NCBI GenBank assembly: GCA_951406725.2
Contig: OX597817.1
Span: 127,658,001-127,722,000, forward strand
Direction of reading: 5' to 3'
Origin: Octopus vulgaris
Lineage: Eukaryota
Length of the DNA stretch: 64,000 nucleotides
Both the position numbers and the translations under genes were made by a program. Within the stretch, counting starts at the first letter, position 1; each line of letters opens with the position of its first letter. Positions 14,065 to 26,400 of this stretch are shown here, piece after piece. The notes beneath the pieces are model-generated. The model worked only from the letters and a program-made list of their open reading frames with translations, searched no databases and was not told where the DNA came from.

Positions 14065-15873
14065 TCATTTATAATATTTTAAAGTCTTCAATTTAGCGTG
14101 GACACAAACTTGACCTAGTTCGATATGGTTATTCAATAAGTTTCTATGCTTTCTATGCTTTAGAATTTCATACGTCTCCATGGAGCATAGTTGGCAACCA
14201 ACCCTACTATTTTTGTACGGAATTGCTCTCCTAACTATTTCCCAATTAAGGTTATAATTATTATTATTATTTTTGAGTTCCCAGATTTTGTTTGAAAGTG
14301 TGGTGGTACCAGCTTTATGACGTAATTTAAAAGACGAGATGTGATTTCTAACTCTAGAAAGAAAATTAATTGTACATCCAATGTAAAAATATTTGTTATT
14401 CTCCGTGGATATGGTACATTTATAGATTACATTATTTTCCCCACATAGACCAGGTGCCGGGCATTTTGATTTTATTCTACACTTACACACAGGAGGAACA
14501 ACTTCAGGCTTTGGATTATTCTTGGGTAGACGTCTTAGGTTCCTATTACTTTGATTATCATTTCTATAGTTAGTGCTGATATCTAAAGTATTGCTATTAT
14601 TTATTGATCCTTCTGTTTCATCATTTAGGTCTAAAGTCATACCATGATTTCTTATATTATTGGTAATGTTGCTATTATTGTTAGTTTTTTTATCCGACTG
14701 CATATTGTTGTTATAGATATCACTGATATTTTCATTCTCCTTATTTTCTCCATTAGCCTTATTTCTATTATTTCTATTATTAACATTATTACTTCTATTA
14801 ATATCGGCATTGTTATTATTACTATTAATGTTAATGTTATTAGTCATTCTGTGGTTACTAATTTCACCTATGTTTTGATAGTTACTATTGCTGTTTTTAT
14901 TGTTGGTAGTATTATTATAATTGCTATTGGTATTCATGCTGAAATTATTATTTTTATTTCTATCTTTCCTGGCTAGTTTAATGTTGTTATTATTAATCTT
15001 AGCTATTAAAGTGGACATATTTGGGAGGGTTGAATAAGAAATCCTAACTGTTTTCCTAGAAATAATTCTATGATATCTATGAGAGGTAGGGAAATTTTTT
15101 TCCAGAATTACTTTGAATTTGTTCTGTATATCCGATTGTATCGCACAGTTGAAAGGAATATTCAGCCATAATATATCTTTTTTATTAAATTTAGAGTTAT
15201 TAGAATTACTACTATTCATCTCACCGGAGTAATTGTATTTATTACCATTATTTTTATTTTTATTTGTGTGCATCTTAGGTTTATCTACTTCGATATTATC
15301 CGATTTACCTATTTTCTGGTCAATGCTTCTATTTGAATTGTTGGGCCTGTACGCTAGATTAGCGTTTACCGTTAATTTAATTCTACTTTTATTTCGGGCT
15401 TGGTCTGTATTGCTGCTTACGTGATTACTGATAACTTCATTATTAGGAATACATGAGTTCCCCTTATCAACGAATGTAATCTTTTGGTTGTATCCAGCCT
15501 TGGTTAACGCCGCATTATAATGCTCAGAATGGGAGTTAAATAAGTCCTTATTGGATGATAATTTTGAAATTCTTAATGAAATATTTCTTACTAAAGATTC
15601 TATTATATTTGGGGGATGATTTGATAATTTATTTACGTAATTCGTGATTTCGCCTTCCTTTCTAAATGGGTAATGTAGCTTGGAGTTTAGGTCTAGCGTA
15701 ATATCTAGGAAGTTAACTATTTTAGTGCCCGGTTCATACGTTATACTGAGGTTGAAATCCTTAAAGAACTTATTAATTTTCTTTCTAATCCTTTCTATAA
15801 CAGATTTATTATTACTAGGGATAACAAACAGAGCATCATCCCTATATAGACCCCCCTGTATTTCTGGGATATC
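14065..15873 (-). CDS. 5'-truncated PLE ORF, still open from GGLYRDD through the GIY-YIG domain
   Basis: The frame of ORF 14065-15273 stays open upstream: PEIQGGLYRDD..NFLDITL..NHPP..YNAALTKAGY, an Asn-rich linker, CKCx5Cx5C, IYKC..YIGCT..R..NH, CQLC..E, CVH. Confidence 0.88.
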   Translation of the reverse strand, partial: DIPEIQGGLYRDDALFVIPSNNKSVIERIRKKINKFFKDFNLSITYEPGTKIVNFLDITLDLNSKLHYPFRKEGEITNYVNKLSNHPPNIIESLVRNISLRISKLSSNKDLFNSHSEHYNAALTKAGYNQKITFVDKGNSCIPNNEVISNHVSSNTDQARNKSRIKLTVNANLAYRPNNSNRSIDQKIGKSDNIEVDKPKMHTNKNKNNGNKYNYSGEMNSSNSNNSKFNKKDILWLNIPFNCAIQSDIQNKFKVILEKNFPTSHRYHRIISRKTVRISYSTLPNMSTLIAKINNNNIKLARKDRNKNNNFSMNTNSNYNNTTNNKNSNSNYQNIGEISNHRMTNNININSNNNNADINRSNNVNNRNNRNKANGENKENENISDIYNNNMQSDKKTNNNSNITNNIRNHGMTLDLNDETEGSINNSNTLDISTNYRNDNQSNRNLRRLPKNNPKPEVVPPVCKCRIKSKCPAPGLCGENNVIYKCTISTENNKYFYIGCTINFLSRVRNHISSFKLRHKAGTTTLSNKIWELKNNNNNYNLNWEIVRRAIPYKNSRVGCQLCSMETYEILKHRKHRNLLNNHIELGQVCVHAKLKTLKYYK

Positions 15874-16101
15874 TCATCATATCTCTGGGATATCTCATCA
15901 TATCTCTGGAAATTCATATGTGCACTATGGATTAGGTCACCTTCTCTGTGATGCTGTTAAAACTTTTTTAAAATTCTGTGATAAGACTGTACATCATCTT
16001 TATAGAACTTTAATGAACTTTGGAAATCTGTTTATGTTACTTAATTATCTACTTCATGAGTATAGCCTCAACCAATAGGATGTCTAGAGAACTCACATGT
16101 A

Positions 16102-16192
16102 TTTTAGCTGATGAGTACAGGACACGTTTATATGCTGTAATTTTTGCAACTTTTAATAAAGCCTGTCCTTGTATGAAACGATTGTACTAAAA
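16102..16192 (+). ncRNA. Type I hammerhead with extended stem II (inverted pLTR copy)
   Basis: ttttag-CTGATGA-gtacaggaca...tgtccttgtat-GAAA-cgattg-TA-ctaaaa. Confidence 0.85.
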
Positions 16193-16857
16193 CCTATCCA
16201 TTCTTGTTGCTTCTTTCGAGCTTATAATCACCCCACATTATTGTATTGTTAAAACAGTATAGTTTTTTTTGGTGCATCTAAGTTAGGTACCATATTCAAG
16301 TAAATTCATTTAAATTAACTTGAATCTTTATTGCTTTTTGAGTATATATATATATATGCACATACAAATTTGCACGCACACGCACAAACACACAACACAC
16401 ATATATGTACGTATATATGTACGTCTATATATATATATATATATATATACATACACACATAGTTATAAGCGCCCTTATTTTTATATGCATGCATCTACAA
16501 GCATGGCTTTATCTATGTATGTTTATTATTGATTTAGGGATGGATCAGGAGACTATGAGGTGTGATGTAATGCAGGGCCTATGGGATGCACTCAGTTCGT
16601 ATAACAGTAGCAAGAGAGGTCAATTTGTCAGAGTGATCGGATGTGAGGTGGAACAAAACTATCTATTTCCGAGAAATACTGTATTATATATATATATATA
16701 TATATACAAAATACAGAGACTAATGATAGCAAATTTGTCTCCGAGAAATTGGAGTGAGCTTGTGAGAGGATTTAAACCAATCATGTAAGGGACTTGCCAA
16801 GTAGCTAGTCGTAAAATATCAAAAAGAGATGAAAGTAGTAACTGTACTGACAAGTAT

Positions 16858-17164
16858 CTAAACTGACCAGCTAGCGGGAGATCTGGCTGGGGTTAAAGTT
16901 GTAGCAACATGGAACAGCCACTTTGATATGAGGTGAGGATTAACTGTATCTTCGGATACAGGCCAGAATATTTGCTTGTAGCTGCAACAGAAGAAATACG
17001 CTATTGTGTTATGGGTTTCAATTGAGCTTTGTGCGAGTTCAGAAACTGTTGCGGTTAATTTATTTTCTGCACCTGACGACGACGAAGGCCAGTTTTGTAA
17101 TACTGTGTTTATCTCGAAAATAGGCTGTTCATATTTATCGGGGATCATGAAGTGCGACAATTTC
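16858..17164 (-). CDS. Candidate terminal host exon, phase-compatible with 22450-22619
   Basis: tgcatttcaag acceptor; ~100 open codons of non-repetitive sequence, KLSHFMIPDKYEQP...SWSV*. Confidence 0.3.
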
Positions 17165-17549
17165 CTTGAAATGCATAATGCATGTGTCTTTTTTTTAATT
17201 TTTGTATGAGACACCTAAATATCTGATTTTCACTTAAATATCCGAGTTTTCGAGGTCAGAAATCAAGGAATCAGACGAAAAGTGTTATTAGCTCCCTAAG
17301 TTTATAGGTAGATGACGCTAGATTTAAGGGTTACTAATGGAATGAAGAGTGGTTTAATGTGTGTAGGAGAAGGCATTGTTGGAGGTGACACCAAGTAGGT
17401 CATAGGTGTCGATGAAGAAGAGTGTAGTGTGTGTGATAAAACCGAATCCTGGTACCAGAGCTGATGAAGTGGATATCAGTGAGAGAGAGAGAGGGGGAGA
17501 GAGAGAAAAGAAAGAAAGAAAGAAAGGAAGGAAGGAAGGAAGGAAGGAA

Positions 17550-17611
<62 letters not shown>

Positions 17612-17959
17612 AAAAAGCGCTGTTATTACATGTCATGATACTACGATTTACAGGAAGTCTGTGATGAAGAGACAAGAAATGCATAAATCCAATGGGCTAC
17701 TTTATCAAGTAATATGCATGCCGGACACTGTCGAATGTTTTGTTTATATTCAAAGCAACAAAACCCGCAGGTGAGAATACACAGTTGACAAACATAGGTT
17801 AGTAGATGTAACTTGATGGAAACTACACTGGTGATAAATAAGAATTGTGATGAGTTTAACTTGTTGGTAACAGGACTCGCTGTAGCATGTTCCGAAAGAT
17901 CAGGATATATTCTTGTAACGTGTGTGAGGGACATAGAAATATATAGCTAAAAGATAAAA

Positions 17960-18790
17960 ATATGTACTGAACACGGACATACTATTAACGAATGATGTAA
18001 TGCTGAAGCATACTCAGAGGAACAAACGCAAATCCCGATGGACAGTATCACAAGAACTTGTGAAAACTTCGGCTTGATCATCAGTTTGAAAAATTCAAAA
18101 GTACTGGTCCTAAGAATCGAACACTCTTCTACCATCATCACCAACAACTGTGAGATGGAGGAAGCACAGGAATTTAACATAACTCGGCTTCAACCTCACA
18201 GAAAACCTCTCTGTCGAGTCTGAGATCAACAAACAGATTGGATGAGCAGCGTCAGCACAAGCTATGGTGACTACGAGCGTCTGTGAGAACAGTAAGATTA
18301 AGGCACACACCAGGGTTTCAGTTTTCAGAGTTTGTCTTCAATACACTGATTTATGGTACTGGTAGAGCAGCTTCTCAGTGCTTTCCACATACGCAGCGTC
18401 GGATGGAGTTTGAATATCAAACTAATTGACAGAGTTACCATGTATGAGGTCCTGGCTCACTGGTTGGGACTCAGCCTCGTCACCCTACTGAAACAACGAC
18501 GCCTCCACTGACTGGCCCATGTACACACCATGTCAGATACGAGAATGGTTAAAGATCAGCCGTATGGTGTGTTGGCCACTTATAAGAGAAATCAAAGGCA
18601 ACTCCATCTTCGTTTAAAAGACTTTTGCAAGAAAAGCATTAAGTTTCTTTACAATAAACGTTGAAAAGTAGAGAAGTGATCGCTCCCTCTGGAGGCTGGA
18701 ACTTTACTTCAGTTTAAAAAGATGAGCTGAGATGTTGAATCTTGCTAATAGAAAAAAGCAAATACGAAGTAAAACAACACCAAGAGAAGA
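17960..18790 (+). mobile_element. Decayed RTE-clade LINE 3' fragment
   Basis: DD..L..SE, CENFGLIISLK.SKV, SEINK.IG.A, LIYG, LKQRRLH*LAHV..M.D.R, LRLKD.CK. Confidence 0.8.
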
Positions 18791-18933
18791 CTGGCGTATA
18801 GAACCCTGTCACTCACATATGAGACACTACAGTCATAGCAAAAATCGACTCTACTAACAAAATAAAAAGAAATACTTCCAGGCTAAAATCCATAGTCTTC
18901 TGGGAGTAACGAATGCACCCACATACATACCTA

Positions 18934-18964
<31 letters not shown>

Positions 18965-19011
18965 CATACATACATACATACACACATACATACATACATA
19001 TATATATACAA

Positions 19012-19836
19012 CCTCGAGACAACGAATAAGTAAAGAAAATCTCTTTATTACAAAATACAAGCCACTTCTAAACGGGTCTACGACAAACAATTAATATACC
19101 TCAACTTTAGAATAAAAGAAAAATATATATACACACACAAATATTACACTCCATAGAATCCATTACTAATCAGCCCCTTCATAGCTATACTTACACCCAT
19201 TCATATTCTCCCTTCTCTGTTTTTTTCTTCTTCTTCTTCTTCCTCTTCTTCTTCATCATCATCATTATCATCATCATCGTCGTCATAATCATCACCACCA
19301 TCACCATAATCGTCATCTTCTCCTTCTCCTTCTTCTTCTTCTTCTTCTTCTTCTTCTTCTTCTTCTTCTTCTTCTTCTTCTTCTACTTCTCCACCCCCTA
19401 CCCCTTAACTTTGTCACTAATGTTTTTTAGTATAACACCTACGCTAATTCTATAAACAAGCCTGTCAATATAAATATTCTCCTGAATTGAACTGAGACTG
19501 CCAGCCGCCACTGACCATTCAAAATACGACCATCAGGGCACTCCCAGATTCTCCCATCCCCCTTTCCTCACCAGCCTTCTTCCTCTACTACCCTACCAAG
19601 AACTCACAACGACCTCTGACACACAAGTGCAAACAAGGGAGTCAGAGAAAGGCAGAATGCCACTTAAATCTGAACACTACTATAGAAATATTCTTTTAAA
19701 AAAACTTTTCTTCTAATTTTTCTAAATTTAATTATTTAATCGTTACAGTTGAAAAGGTCTCAAAATGACCGAAACCGGTACTGAAATGTTCACTATAAAA
19801 TTATTTTAGCATTTTCTATTTTTGACTTGTTTTTTC
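19012..19836 (+). mobile_element. 3' fragment of a PLE (Neptune-like endonuclease end plus 3' UTR)
   Basis: Encodes RQRISKENLFITKYKPLLN..., the typical GIY-YIG C-terminus; HHR-like motif near the 3' end; ends in (TA)n. Confidence 0.6.
19746..19783 (+). ncRNA. Minimal hammerhead with U3-A8 core variant
   Basis: cag-TTGAAAA-ggtc(tcaaaat)gacc-GAAA-ccgg-TA-ctg; palindromic stem III accggt. Confidence 0.7.
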
Positions 19837-19856
19837 ATATATATATATATATATAT

Positions 19857-20225
19857 ATTATATAAAAGGGCTTAGTAAAATAAATTACTTTGCCGCATAC
19901 TGAACTCATTAGAAATAGCAGCTAAAAAAACTTTTTTTAAAACTATCTCCAATACTTAAAGAAAATCTCTCTCATATAGTGTTTGCTCAATTCAACTCGA
20001 ATTGAGCAAACACTATATGAGAGAGATTTTCTTTAAGTATTGGAGATAGTTTAAAAAAAAGTTTTTTTAGCTGCTATTTCTAATGAGTTCAGTATGCGGC
20101 AAAGTAATTTATTTTACTAAGCCCTTTTATATAATGTAATAATTTGAATTTGCCTTAAATGGTCCCTTTGTATACTGAATACTTGGTGAAATTGATTAAT
20201 TAATTAATTTTACCCTCAATTGTTG

Positions 20226-20230
<5 letters not shown>
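19857..20230. repeat. Near-perfect hairpin (~137 bp arms, 5-nt loop) plus ~95 bp tail in (TA)n; probably PLE-derived
   Basis: 19857-19993 is the reverse complement of 19999-20135. Confidence 0.85.
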
Positions 20231-20274
<44 letters not shown>

Positions 20275-21270
20275 TCACACACACACACGCAGACACACTG
20301 ACATATAGACATACATTCATATATACAAACATATGAATCTATAGTTGTATTACTATTCATAGTTTATGCATATTGCATAATAATCAGATTCACGCACACA
20401 GATACAGACACGGACACGCACATACACACGCCAACTCGCGCGCACACACAGATACTGACACGCACACACAGATATAGACACATCACATAGATTCGTCTGG
20501 TTTTGTGACATTAAGCGACTAGCCTTTACATATATGAGTGGATAGGTGGATAGATGAAAGAAGGAAATAACTTAAGAAGGAAGAAAAGGGATATGCGATT
20601 ACTACTTATCTCTTTATCATCCTCCTTCACTGTATTCACTGAAATTTGATACGACGCCTTCCCAACTAATCACCAACAATTGGATTTGATTTGTTGGATA
20701 CGTAGTTTAATGTCACCGATGGTTGTTAGGCAATGATTTCTGCCACAATAAATAAATATATTATCCAAGTTGGACATTAACTACACGGTCGAGTAGTTAT
20801 TTCTGCATTGAAAGTCGCTAACAACCAACGAAACGATAAACATCACCACTATCACCGCTACCACCACCGCCTCCACCACCATTACCATTGAAACTAATTT
20901 AGTAATGATCATCATCATCATCATCAACATCGTCATCGTCGTCGTCGTCGTTGTCATTATCACCCTCGCTATCACCATTGTTACCAGCATCATCAGCAGC
21001 GTCATCAACATCATGGTCGACTTTTCATTTGATGCCTTTTCCTTGTTTTGAAAAGCCGAGCAAGTAAACGTCGTAGAGATCGCCTCATAATAATACATGC
21101 AGGCAGTTTATGGATTCTTAGTATCGTGTATATGTGAGTGCGTGAGCGAGAGTGTGCATATGTACAGGTGCCAATAGGAATCGTCTATCCATATACGCTT
21201 ATGCATATATGTATGACTGAGAATACATTTTTACTAACGTCGTATACGTATATATACATACATACATACA

Positions 21271-21304
<34 letters not shown>

Positions 21305-21363
21305 GATATATATGTGTGTGTGTGTGCGTATGTATATATATATGCATATATATATATACATAT

Positions 21364-21420
<57 letters not shown>

Positions 21421-22449
21421 CGTGTGTGTGTGTGTACATGTATGTATATATGTATGTATGAATGTATGTGCATGTATGTATGCATGTCATCGTTCAGTTT
21501 TATCTCAAGATTTCTCGCCAATAGAGAAAGAGCCGGTTTCTAACCTAAATGTACAAGGAATTTCAACATCAACAACAGGGTATTTTTGTTTGTATGTATA
21601 TATGTAATGTATATGTGCAGATTTTATGTTTCATTTTATGTATGTATTCTCATGCATATAGTTGCACATCTATACATGCTTATATATGTTTAAATGATAA
21701 ACTTCTGGAAAGTTTCACAGATTTTTACAGTTCCAGAGATGGATTGGATCTGTAGTCTTCGAATTAGCTTTCTCCTTTCTGGTTTTCTTGTATGTACGTA
21801 TGTATGTACATATACACACATATGAAGTAGATACCACTCGGTCACACACCCATGTAACATTTATACACTTTAATATTGTTTTACTTTTCTTGTTTCAGTC
21901 ATTTCAGTGCGGCCACGCTGGAGTAACGCCTTAAAGTATGCTTCTATATGCACTATTTGTATGCTTGCATATATATGTTCGTACGTGCAAGTTTCTCATG
22001 AGCATATATATGAATCCAAAGAATTACTTATTATTAATTTAGAAATACAGAGAGATATTGGATAATATGCCAGATAATTAATTCCCGAAGAAAAGCACGG
22101 TATAGGCATTGCTAGAATATTATAATCAAACGTTTGCTCAATGGGTGTCGAACTGAACCCTTAAGTAACAACAACAATACCAACAAAAATGAGTGCCCAT
22201 GTTGCCCTTCTTCACTGCGATTTTGAACATTCTAACAACTGTCCATTCTTTAGACTTTCGGTTAGATAGCCTCAGTACAATCTTGAAAAGTAGGCACACA
22301 TTCAACAATTTAGTCTAAGGTTGTTACGCACAAAGGACTGAATGATAAAAGCTGCAATACTTTTGATCACCAGGTTACGCAAATACAACTGCTTAAATCC
22401 AGTTACTTATACGCGTAATTAGCTGCCAGACAGGAAAATTAGCTCTTAC

Positions 22450-22619
22450 CGTTCTGCTACCATGAAAAGGTTCACTCGAAGTAATGGTTTGTCTCCAGGG
22501 TGTTTTAAGTAGTCGCACAACCGTTTTGTAACAAACAGTATCAAATCGTCCTTGCAGAACACACTAACGTCATAAAAGAACATAACGAACAAATAAATGC
22601 GGTTTTGAATGCACGCTGC
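22450..22619 (-). CDS. Candidate internal host exon, product unknown
   Basis: cctgtttgtccag acceptor and gtaag donor; open frame AACIQNRIYLF...NLFMVAE, ending in phase 2. Confidence 0.45.
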
Positions 22620-23370
22620 CTGGACAAACAGGAGGTGGTGATAGCTACGAAGTTTTTGATCACAAACCCGATCAAATGTATGTTTACATCGAACTAAAAG
22701 TATCACCAATAACTAGTTCTAGTGGCAAATCAATACACGTTCCATTTATTTGCTTGCTGTCGTTTCTGCTGTTTAGACCAGAATAGCATTAACTGAGCAC
22801 GTCGATGATAGAAGTCAAGCCAACCATGACTGTCCTGTTCATTTATGCAGGATATGATAGAGGGATATTTGTTTGCTATTTTCCAGCGTTTTTTAAAACC
22901 AAAGTGGTGTATATTCTATATCATGAATTTGTATACACCAACAAACTGATTATTGGTTTTCAATGGCAAAATGAATAGTACAAGGCATTCTTTTGTAAGC
23001 GTGACTAGAAATTATCTGTGAAATTTGGGCGTAATTTATACCACGAATTACATACTTCAAAGGAGGCAACATAATTAGTCTTAGCTATGTATTTTCACGT
23101 AAAGTAGTGAACAAAATTCATAAACTTATGAACTATTTGCGGCTGAGAAAACATGCTTACAATTTGAAAAAAATGAGTGGAAGGGAGCTAATGTATGTGT
23201 GTGTGGGTTGCATATGTGTGTGCATATATATATACCTATGTCTGTATGTGTGTGTGTATATAATGAATGAGGGAAACGGAAAATTTTGTTAGCAAGACTC
23301 TTCAACACAACAGTCACTTCGAGGCATCATACGCCTTACGGTTGGAATAAAGTACAAATATTTGTGTAGC

Positions 23371-23617
23371 ATCCATCGATGAAAGCTTGTTTTTCGTTAG
23401 GTGTCACGTTTTGAATAAAATGCTTCGTTACATATATTGAGTTTAGCTTGGAATGATGTGGTCGCCTGTAGGATATTGGTCAGTAAAGCCAATATCCTAC
23501 AGGCGACTGCAAAATGCCAAGGGAAACGCTGTACGTGTAACAAAGTATCTTATTTAAAACGTGACGCCTGACGAGAGTTAGCCTATAAAGATGGATCGGT
23601 GCAATGTTCCTGGATTT
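23371..23617. repeat. Imperfect foldback (MITE-like)
   Basis: Core gtcgcctgtaggatattgg/ccaatatcctacaggcgac; outer arms ggtgtcacgtttt/aaaacgtgacgcc and atccatc/gatggat. Confidence 0.7.
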
Positions 23618-23684
23618 TTCAGTTTGTATATATATATCCTTTCATACATCGTGTAAGTCAGAGTTTGCATTGGTACTGATTAAA

Positions 23685-23785
<101 letters not shown>

Positions 23786-23813
23786 GTATGTCTCTCTCTC
23801 TCTATATATATAT

Positions 23814-24107
23814 ATAAATATAAGAGGGAACCACTATGTGGAAGCCCTTACGCTAAAAAGAGATCCGCATAGGTCTTACGTTTCTGGTGTGCTAAATTTT
23901 CTGGAGAACAATTCTTAGTGGTTGAGACCTATGCAAATCTCTTTTTAGCGTAAGGGCTTCCACATAGTGGTTCCCCCTTATATTTATGTATAAAATACTA
24001 TTTACTGAATCTCAGTTTTTTATGCGCTAGACCACTGATGTTAAATTGATGTTATTAAATTAATATCCAATTTTTCACCCTCATTTTGATTTTAATTTTA
24101 AATTATT
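23814..24107. repeat. Hairpin (~60 bp arms) plus tail, in microsatellite
   Basis: gggaaccactatgtggaagcccttacgctaaaaagagat is inverted at ~23935-23975; the tail resembles 46695-46830. Confidence 0.75.
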
Positions 24108-24108
24108 C

Positions 24109-24158
<50 letters not shown>

Positions 24159-25661
24159 GTGTGTGTGGTTGGAATGTTTATGAATATGAACCATTTCCTC
24201 GATGCATTTTCTGCAGGAGTGGTACTTGCCCGTTTGAAAGTATCAGGTAATGTCCTGGAGGTGGAACTTTGTGAAGTTAGTGGTAACAGTTGTAGTTCTT
24301 CCCAAACATTTTCATGGAGTTCTCGCTCACATGACTTGAGATAGCGAGGCCATCCGCCCTGTATAGAACTGAACTGTAGGAGGGGTACGTGTTCTTAGAA
24401 TATTCGCAATGAAGGGCTACGAATTTATCCCCGTTTCCAGTAGAGGCGTCGAACGGCTGGCCGCACTCCGTTTTTTACACAGTAGGAAACATCGTGAGTC
24501 AGAAATGATTTCCTAGCGTTCACGCAGATTTTGGTTTCATGGAAGTTGATTGTTGAAATTTGTCCAGAAATCTCTGTTCGTGTCCGCAAGTAGCCTGGTG
24601 TCGTGCGATAAATCTCAAGAGCGATAGAAACGCGTTGGACTTTGTTTATTTCTTTCTGATTATGTGGCATCCATGCAACAAGCTTTTAGTCCTTACTCAC
24701 TGAGTGAAGGCTGCAGAAGATGGAATCGAGAGAGCATCCCATCTGCTGGGACCCTTCCCTAGCGGGTTGGCATGGATGAGCTGGTTCAATCGATCCTCAC
24801 TGAACTGAACAGGCTGGTCGGAACCCAAAGAGTCTGTGAGGTCGAATATCTTCTCCTCGAAGCGAGAAAATCATTTCGGTGCAGTTCTTTTAGAAAACAG
24901 CGCATTCTCCATATACAGATGAAATGCCTCAAGCAACTTTGGCAGTTTTGGAATACTGAAAGTGAAGCGAGTCATGTGTCGAAAATGCTCATACATTTCT
25001 ACTTGTCGCTCTATCGTCATAGGTTTAAGTAAAATCAAATTTATTAAAATTTCAAAAGCGCTCAACAAAAGTTGTGGAGGAAGAATAGAGTTATGAATAT
25101 AATGAAAGACATAAAATTCTACGATAAAAATATTTTTCGTGTGAATTCAAATAACATTGAAAAGAAGCGAACGAATTAATCTGACAACTCATTATATGGT
25201 TTAAGTCAAAAATCATTGTTTCGTTCCATCTTCTTTTGGTATGTTCATTTGTTCTAGTGTTTTGGTTTCCATAGCATCCTCTTTCGTCGTGACGTTTCAA
25301 GTGTAATTTAAATGAATGCACATTGTCTATTTAACTAAAATCCAACAGGTTGAAGAAATTAGAGACAATAATTATTAATTATTTCTTTAATTAATTACAC
25401 AAATTGATCTTTTCTTTTTATTTATATTTAGCTCTTTTTGATTTTCGTGTTATTTTACTTTTCTTATTTCCTCTCAATAGACGGACAATCAGAAGTCAAC
25501 AGTTAGAAAGAAAAGACACTTTTTTCTGTTTGTGATGTGTTTAAGGTTTTAATCAAAATGGAGAGAAAAAAACAATACGAGTTAAAAATGAGACGAATTT
25601 TAATTAAATGCAATAAGCTTTAATTAAATGATAAAAAAATAATAAAAATACAAAACAGAAA

Positions 25662-26400
25662 TTATAATAAAACGTCTTTGCTCTATCGTGCGTACTCGTC
25701 AAATTTACGTAATTTTACAGTTTGATATAATGCTATGATTATTTATTTCAATTTGTTTAACATTTGATCCAACAATAATATATTTTACGATAGCTTTTGA
25801 AGAAGTTGCTCATATGCAAATGTAGCTATAAGGTGTAGCTCAAAATATTTTGGACAAACTTCCTATCAGATGGGAAAAAGAAATATAGACAGAATCCCCT
25901 ATGCGATTTGGGTGATTCTTTTCTTTTGCTTTTTTTTTTTTGCTAATGATACATAAATCTCATCTATGGGAAGGTGAATCGTTAGTATCCTTCTAAATAT
26001 ATGGTCATTGTCAATGAACTTAGGGCTCTGATGTTAGAAAAATATGTCTGTCGAGTTTTTCATGATGTCAAACAGAATTGAAAGACGATGATGGTGACGA
26101 CGACGACGTAGAATGTATCCTTCCCATTTTTAAAGGAACAGAACATCATTTGAGGGATATTTCTCTTAAGTGTGAAGCGATCACTTAACATCACTTTTAT
26201 TGTTGCCGCTCTTTCGTGTCTGGATTACGTGTGCTCTCACGGATTTATGTAAATAATTATTCCAGCCGTGAACTTCCCATATATTATCGTTGGATCAAAT
26301 GTTAAACAAATTGATATAAATAATCATAGCATTATATCAAACTGTAAAATTACGTAAATTTGACGAGTACGCACGATAGAGCAAAGACGTTTTCTTTATA
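25662..26400. repeat. Inverted repeat pair (~120 bp arms, ~500 bp spacer); possible TIR element
   Basis: aaaacgtctttgctctatcgtgcgtactcg...gatccaac at ~25668-25773 is inverted at ~26288-26393. Confidence 0.75.

Larger units (their letters stand above)
12491..16342 (-). mobile_element. 5'-truncated Naiad-like PLE with an inverted pLTR fragment and tail, in (TA)n
   Basis: Minus-strand RT-end/GIY-YIG frame; ~12491-12820 is the reverse complement of ~15894-16225; extra tail ~16226-16342; TA repeats on both sides. Confidence 0.9.

Noticed and set aside
20075-20115. Hammerhead in the 19857 hairpin (ctaatga...gcaaag)
   Set aside because: Essential G5 and the GAAA are missing and the stems are unconvincing.
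24160-25068. Coding exon or transposase in a higher-GC block
   Set aside because: Short ORFs on both strands with no recognisable motif or consistent splice phase; left unassigned.
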